From positions 1 through 37,815 of IMG/VR virus record IMGVR_UViG_3300028588_000053: a stretch of 37,815 nt of DNA; one strand, 5' to 3'. The notes beneath the pieces were generated by a model that was not told the DNA's origin, searched no databases, and worked only from the letters and a program-made list of their open reading frames with translations. The translations under genes and the position numbers were made by a program. Numbering within the stretch: position 1 is the first letter of the stretch; each line of letters starts with the position of its first letter. Positions 32,986 to 37,815 of this stretch are shown here, piece after piece. This stretch comes from a virus (Duplodnaviria; Caudoviricetes).

Positions 32986-35385
32986 TCAGGAAAACCAGCC
33001 CCGCGATGCGATGAAGTTGCGCACAGGGATGGTGAAGCCGTTCAAACGACCGGCTGAATTGGGATGAAGGCCATCATCAGTGTTGGCAGCAGCCGGAATG
33101 TCCGTTGCCTCGCCGGCATTGTAAAAGGGACGCACATCGAAAAAGCTACCCGGATACATGGCAGCTAAGTCCGCGTTCAAAGCGACGATCTGGTTGTAGT
33201 TGCTTGTGCCAATCGGCTCGCTACGCGCATTCGTCACACCGATTAGGACGATGCGTTGGATCAGCGGCTTGTACGCAGCCATTATGGCTGCCACGGCGAG
33301 CTTTACTTCCGTAAACCAACCCGTCACATTGACGATCGCCACGTTGATGGCCGTGGAGGATACGGCTGCGGCAATATTGGTCCCGCCGGAAATCGCCTTA
33401 ACAACGACTGCGGACCCAACAATAGCTGCGGCAAACAGTGGGAAATTGGCGTTGATATAGTCTCTGACGTTGACTTGGGTCGCAGCCGTGTTTGCCCCTA
33501 CCCCCGCTGCGGAGATCGCAAACGTGGTGCCATTGATGGTGATGGTGTCGGTGCCGGCCGGAGTGTTCGGAAAGTTGATATTGGCCTGTGCGTAGCGCGC
33601 ACCCACGTCGTTCCTGCCGACATGCACGACAAGAACACAATCCTGCCGGATCTCGGGATCGATCACCAGCACCGAGCCAGCCGGAACGACGGAAGGAAGA
33701 GTCTGCCCTGCGTCTGGCGTGAACGTATACGTGTAGTTGTCGACGCTGAAGTTGGGCACGGCCGGGACGGTCGTGCTGTCAGCAGACGCCTTCAGAACCG
33801 ACGTAAGCAATCCCGTTATGCCGAGCAGCGAAGCGCGCAGGGTGCGCCGGCTGGTAGAACCATCCCCTGTAGGATTGAGCGCGTCAGCGCCGCGCGAGAT
33901 CAGCGGAACGCTGATCGCCGTCAATTGATTGTCGCCGGCCGCCATTGTGTTGTTCACAAGCGAACAGGTCAGCGCTGGCAGTCCTGCATATCCGCAAGCG
34001 CCGTAGCGCGCCGCGATCTGAATCGAGCGCTGGCTACCGATGCCCCCGCCAGCGGTGGTGCTGCCAATGTTCGGGACCGACGATGGAGTTGAAAGCGGAA
34101 CGCCGAAGTAGGTGGCGACGCCATCGATCCACCCGGTCGCCATGATGCTATCGCCAAGCGGCGTGATCAGGAAATACGGGATAACCGGATGCTCGATCGA
34201 GCTTCCGAAGAGCGAGCCGTCTAGGAGCTGATACCAGCTTTCTTTCGCGCCTGTCCGATCGGACAGATAGACGATTTTCGACCCGTCGAAGGACAGCCGC
34301 GGCGCGAAATTGTTGCCGGTCGAAGTCGCCAGAAAACGGACGCCGGTCGATTTCAACGTCCGACGAAGCTGCTTCATTCCGCCTGCCGTCGTCTCGTGGA
34401 ACATGAAGTTGGCCGTTTCCAGCGCAGCCGTTCCGCCAGCGAGATCGAGCGCCGGTGAAGAGAGTTTCGGGATGACGATCGTGCCATCTTCGAGTTCGAC
34501 CAGAGAGGCGGCTAGAGTGCTGTCCGTCCACGCTTTCTTGATCTTTTTGCCTGCGAAATAGCGGCTTGCCGGGACGGTCATGATCGCGTCGCCGGTCGAA
34601 AAATTCACGGCACCGAACGAAAAGCCGGACGGATCGGTGATCACCGATGGCGAAGAGAGCTTCGGGATGACGATCGTGCCGTCGTCGAGTTCAATTAACG
34701 AAGCGCGGCCATCTGCGTCAGTGAACGCCTTCCGCACCGCATGGCCGCCATAGTAGCGCTGCGAGGTGCTATCGACCGCAGCGCCCGAGGCGAAGCTTAC
34801 GCTTGGGAATTGCAACGCGATGACACCGGCAGGCGTCAGGATCGACGGCGATACGAGCTTCTGTGCGACGACCGTGCCGTCTTCCAGAACGAAGAACGGG
34901 CTTGTGATTCCATCCGGCCCGGCCACGCCCCAGCGAACCGCCAGCCCGGCATAGTATCGCGTGCTGGATGGTGCGATACTGCTACCATCGGCGAAGCTGA
35001 TCGACGGCGCGGACTTGAGCAGTTGCGTTCCGTCGAGTTCCCAAAACCCATCGACGGCGTTGCGGGTCCAACCCATGCCGGATACCCGGATGCCGTAATT
35101 CGCGAGGTGATAGCCATCGGCAGTGATGGCGTCGCCGAGGCCATAGTTCAGATCGGCGCGGGCATGAATAACGCGCCGGCCATATGCGTAGCGCCGTTCG
35201 AGCTTGAACGCGTCGATAGTGTCGACCGCCTGCGTTCCGGTATGGTTCGCCCGGTTGAGCAACATTGGCTTCGACGCATTGAAGTCTTTATTCAGGTCTG
35301 AGACCTGCTGACGCGCGGTAGGATCGCCCCCAGCCGCGTCAATATCAGCCGCTGTCATCACAGCGGAGTCAGCTAAACTCGACAT
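32986..35385 (-). CDS. Large tail-associated protein with internal repeats, PD40-like motif and SGNH/GDSL hydrolase domain
   Basis: RANHTGTQ N-terminal motif; three ~60-65-aa repeats ending (D/E)DGT(V/I)V..KL.SP; APRLSFDGSKIVYLSDRTG; SGNH blocks GDS, G, GRND, DGLH. Confidence 0.75.
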   Translation of the reverse strand: MSSLADSAVMTAADIDAAGGDPTARQQVSDLNKDFNASKPMLLNRANHTGTQAVDTIDAFKLERRYAYGRRVIHARADLNYGLGDAITADGYHLANYGIRVSGMGWTRNAVDGFWELDGTQLLKSAPSISFADGSSIAPSSTRYYAGLAVRWGVAGPDGITSPFFVLEDGTVVAQKLVSPSILTPAGVIALQFPSVSFASGAAVDSTSQRYYGGHAVRKAFTDADGRASLIELDDGTIVIPKLSSPSVITDPSGFSFGAVNFSTGDAIMTVPASRYFAGKKIKKAWTDSTLAASLVELEDGTIVIPKLSSPALDLAGGTAALETANFMFHETTAGGMKQLRRTLKSTGVRFLATSTGNNFAPRLSFDGSKIVYLSDRTGAKESWYQLLDGSLFGSSIEHPVIPYFLITPLGDSIMATGWIDGVATYFGVPLSTPSSVPNIGSTTAGGGIGSQRSIQIAARYGACGYAGLPALTCSLVNNTMAAGDNQLTAISVPLISRGADALNPTGDGSTSRRTLRASLLGITGLLTSVLKASADSTTVPAVPNFSVDNYTYTFTPDAGQTLPSVVPAGSVLVIDPEIRQDCVLVVHVGRNDVGARYAQANINFPNTPAGTDTITINGTTFAISAAGVGANTAATQVNVRDYINANFPLFAAAIVGSAVVVKAISGGTNIAAAVSSTAINVAIVNVTGWFTEVKLAVAAIMAAYKPLIQRIVLIGVTNARSEPIGTSNYNQIVALNADLAAMYPGSFFDVRPFYNAGEATDIPAAANTDDGLHPNSAGRLNGFTIPVRNFIASRGWFS

Positions 35386-36117
35386 TTAAAAGGCTCTCAA
35401 CATGATACGCCCGGTCAACGGGCTAATAAGAACGCGTGATTTCAAGGGTGACAGAAGCACTGTACGAGCGACTGAAACTAAGCTTAGCCGCTGGTATATT
35501 ACTGGCCGAGCAACTCCGACCGCCCCAAGTCTTCCGCGCGACGAAACGGCGAGCGTGAAAGCGAAGTGTGACCGAACCGGCTTCGTGCGCGTGATGTCCT
35601 CGATCACCTGATCGACAAGCGCGCCGGTCGGAGCGGCGTCGCCCCAGCCTCCAAGGTCGAGGACAGCGGCAAAGGTGAAAGGCGCTTCCGGGGGATCTTG
35701 TTGCCACCATTCGCGGATCGTGATCGATCCACCAAAGGACTCGACGACAGCGCGAACCGACTGCGCCGTCCCCTTTTGTCGCTGAATTGTGATCGCACGC
35801 CGGATGCGTTCCCGCTTCACCGTCTCCGGCCAATCGGGCGACCAAACATCGATCGACAAGCCCCATGCGAGGTAGGGCAAAAGCGCTGCCGGGCATGTGT
35901 CCGGGTTCCATACCGACGCGATCGGCGTGGGAATGTTGGCGATCAGCGCGGCGCCTGCCTCTAGGGCGAGCTGGCGAAGGGTTGCGTTCGGGGGAAGGAG
36001 CGAAGGCGGCGAGCTGGTCGGCGCGGAAGCGAGGCGCGCCTTGGCCGCTGCCAACGATGCCGCGAAACGGGTGCGGTCGATCGGTAGCAGGTCCGCCAGT
36101 GCGGGAATGCCGCTCAC
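35386..36117 (-). CDS. gpI: Tail/baseplate protein I (P2 gpI)
   Basis: SLLPPNAT, WNPDTCPAALLPYLAW.LSID.W, KGT, IREWWQ, KPVRSH. Confidence 0.93.
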   Translation of the reverse strand: MSGIPALADLLPIDRTRFAASLAAAKARLASAPTSSPPSLLPPNATLRQLALEAGAALIANIPTPIASVWNPDTCPAALLPYLAWGLSIDVWSPDWPETVKRERIRRAITIQRQKGTAQSVRAVVESFGGSITIREWWQQDPPEAPFTFAAVLDLGGWGDAAPTGALVDQVIEDITRTKPVRSHFAFTLAVSSRGRLGAVGVARPVIYQRLSLVSVARTVLLSPLKSRVLISPLTGRIMLRAF

Positions 36118-36380
36118 TCTCCGATGCCGGCATATGTGATCGTGACGCCGGTGCAGAAACCGGCCTGAGTGCGGTCGATGAGAATATCCTCGGCCGGGCT
36201 GGCGAGGGTCGTGTTTTGAACGCCGGGGCAGTTGATAGCGGCAAAGAGCCCCGCACGGGTGATATCGCGGCCAAGCTTGAAGCTGTCCGCGATATAGGCG
36301 GCTGCGTTGGCCTGCGCTTGAGCGAGGACGATCGCACTGTCAGGGCCGGAGAACGTCTTGATCGAGGCGACGATCTCATA
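36114..36380 (-). pseudogene. gpJ: 3' remnant (88 codons) of baseplate gene J, interrupted by a transposon
   Basis: YEIVASIKTFSGPD...KLGRDI..AGLFAAINCPGVQ...SPAEDI...TQAGFCTG..ITYAGIGE matches the gpJ C-terminus; stop overlaps the I start; similarity ends at 36381. Confidence 0.85.
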
Positions 36381-37432
36381 GAGGGCAGAGCGCTGGTTTG
36401 ACGCTAAACAACGGCAAGGCAGAACATTTGCGAACGCTTAGCGGGGATTACCGTCGCCTGCGATATTGAGGGGCTTGCGGCGGACGGTTTCGGCTGCGCG
36501 ATCCCACAGGAAGTCGCCGGAAAACGCAATATGCTCCCAACCGACCGGGGAAGTGTGGGCGAGCAGCGCGGGATCGGGCACCTCGCCGATCGACCGCAGA
36601 TACTGGACGGCATCGGCGATGTAGGTGGAGTTCCAGTAGACGATCGCGGCGATGACCAGATTCAATCCGGACGCGCGATATTGCAGTGTCTCGTGGGTCC
36701 GGTCGATGATCCGCCCCTGACGGAACGTGCAGATCGCCTGCGTCAGTACGTGACGCTGCTCGCTCTTGTTGAGGCCTGCCTGGCAGCGCCGACGAAGATC
36801 GGAGTTTTCCAGCCAGTCGAGCATGAAGAAGGTCCGCTCGATGCGGCCGATTTCCTGGAGGGCTAGGTCGACCTGGTTCTGGCGTTCGTAGGCGGCCAGT
36901 TTGCGCAGCATCGCCGATGGCGCGACGTGACCCGCTTTCAGCGAGGCGACGAGGCGCAAGACCTCGCCCCAATGCTCGCGGATTGTATCGATCTTCACGC
37001 GCTTGCCGATCAGCAAACCGATCGCTGGATAAGAAGCCACGGGGCCGAGGGCTGCCAGACGCCGGTCGGGGAAATCCCGCAGGCGCGGGCAGAACCGGAA
37101 TCCCAGCATTGCGCAGAGTGCGAACACATGGTCGGTCGCGCCGCCTGTATCGGTATAATGCTCGCCGATCTTGAGCGACGAGCCGTGATGGAGGAGTCCA
37201 TCGAGGACATAGGGCGCCTCATGCGTCGCCGCGGATATGACGGTGACATGGTACGGCGCATGCTGATCGGAGACATGGGTGTAGAAGCTGAAGCCGGGAT
37301 CGACGCCGTACCGGGCATTGATATCGCCGACCGCCATCCGCTTGCCGCCTCGGAAGAACTGGCCGTCCGAACTTGATGCGGTGCCCGTTCCCCAGGTCGA
37401 GGCGATCGGCAACCGGGAATGCGCGTCTATCA
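36381..37432 (-). mobile_element. Tn3-family transposon end (terminal repeat plus tnpA 3' part)
   Basis: Starts GAGGG at the J break, ACGCTAA and ACGCTTAG motifs near the end, tnpA stop at 36438; exact IR length uncertain. Confidence 0.75.
36438..37432 (-). pseudogene. tnpA: Tn3-family transposase, C-terminal DDE part, interrupted
   Basis: SSSDGQFF, HYTDTGG, GLNKSE, GLNLVIAAIVYWN; similarity stops at the second IR. Confidence 0.9.
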
Positions 37433-37470
37433 GGGGACCGGTGAGAGGATGTTCGGAATCGTACGCTAAG
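37433..37470 (+). repeat. 38-bp terminal inverted repeat of a second Tn3-family transposon
   Basis: GGGGACCGGTGAGAGGATGTTCGGAATCGTACGCTAAG: canonical length with GGGG...ACGCTAAG ends. Confidence 0.9.
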
Positions 37471-37541
37471 CAGCCTTTGCGCATAAATCGAGTGACGGGT
37501 TGCGTGACATGGATTGCCCATGATCGAACAGGACCAGCGAT

Positions 37542-37703
37542 TGTCCCGCAAACCCTCGTTTGCGGAGCGTCCCGTTTCTCCATGTCTAGCGGGCAATTTC
37601 GGGAAAACTCATTCGGGAACAGGTTTCGAGAAAGCCGGTCGGGCGTGACGTAGGCGATCAGACCAAACTGCCAGTCTGTCTCGCTGAACCTTCGTTTGCG
37701 AGA
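37542..37703. other. Possible resolvase (res) subsites
   Basis: CCGCAAAC-cctc-GTTTGCGG (37546-37565) and a related copy tgtctcgctgaaccttcgtttgcgaga (37677-37703). Confidence 0.4.
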
Positions 37704-37815
37704 ATACGGCGTCTGCGGCATTCGATATCAAAATCTTCGATTTTGCATCAGCGCGAGCAGCGGAGGTTGCCAGTCGAACCCCAGCTTACCACCGTTATTC
37801 CTGAGCGCTCGACGT

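Larger units (their letters stand above)
42..36380. mobile_element. P2-like prophage / putative phage-plasmid (extends beyond the window)
   Basis: Near-complete P2-type virion, lysis and regulatory gene set with cos, joined to par, resolvase and Rep-like genes; ends at the transposon junction in gene J. Confidence 0.9.
37433..37815. mobile_element. Second (nested) Tn3-family transposon, running off the window
   Basis: 38-bp IR followed by non-coding res-like palindromes. Confidence 0.8.

Noticed and set aside
33725-33732. Single GTATACGT octamer
   Set aside because: Isolated, inside coding sequence, no in-phase neighbours
30107-35385. DGR or invertible tail-fibre switch
   Set aside because: No reverse transcriptase, TR/VR pair, invertase or inverted fibre cassette seen; repeats are direct and in frame
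36422-36435. GAAC-N6-GAAC as a LexA box
   Set aside because: Spacer is 6 rather than 7 and it lies in the transposon end
36438-37721. 427-aa ORF read as an intact transposase
   Set aside because: The first ~95 residues are read through the IR and non-coding DNA of the second transposon; Tn3 TnpA is normally about 1000 aa

Overview
Almost the whole window is one P2-like (Peduoviridae-type) temperate phage genome from a GC-rich alphaproteobacterium; the GapR homologue and GTTC-N7-GTTC SOS box point to that host group, and Sphingomonadaceae is my guess. It has the P2 head, lysis and tail genes (Q, P, O, N, M, L, X, holin, GH108 endolysin, spanins, R, S; I, H, V, W, FI, FII, E/E' with the TTTTTTG frameshift, T, U, D), a P2-type cos site, Ogr with its TTGT-N13-ACAA late-promoter sites, and a divergent repressor/early-operon switch. 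It has no integrase at the usual P2 position and no recognisable rolling-circle gene A. Instead it carries a plasmid maintenance kit: an HTH Rep-like gene in the gene A slot, a type Ib ParA plus ribbon-helix-helix partner with dispersed 8-bp-period GTATACGT-like arrays, and a Xer-like tyrosine recombinase with a dif-like 8-6-8 site. It also has an unannotated antisense-controlled 23-aa hydrophobic peptide locus (4157-4516) built like a type I toxin-antitoxin system. The element therefore looks like a P2-like phage-plasmid. At the right end, baseplate gene J is cut by a Tn3-family transposon whose tnpA is itself cut by a second Tn3-family element, so the phage may no longer make infectious particles. 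All calls come from reading the sequence and recalling protein families; no searches were run.
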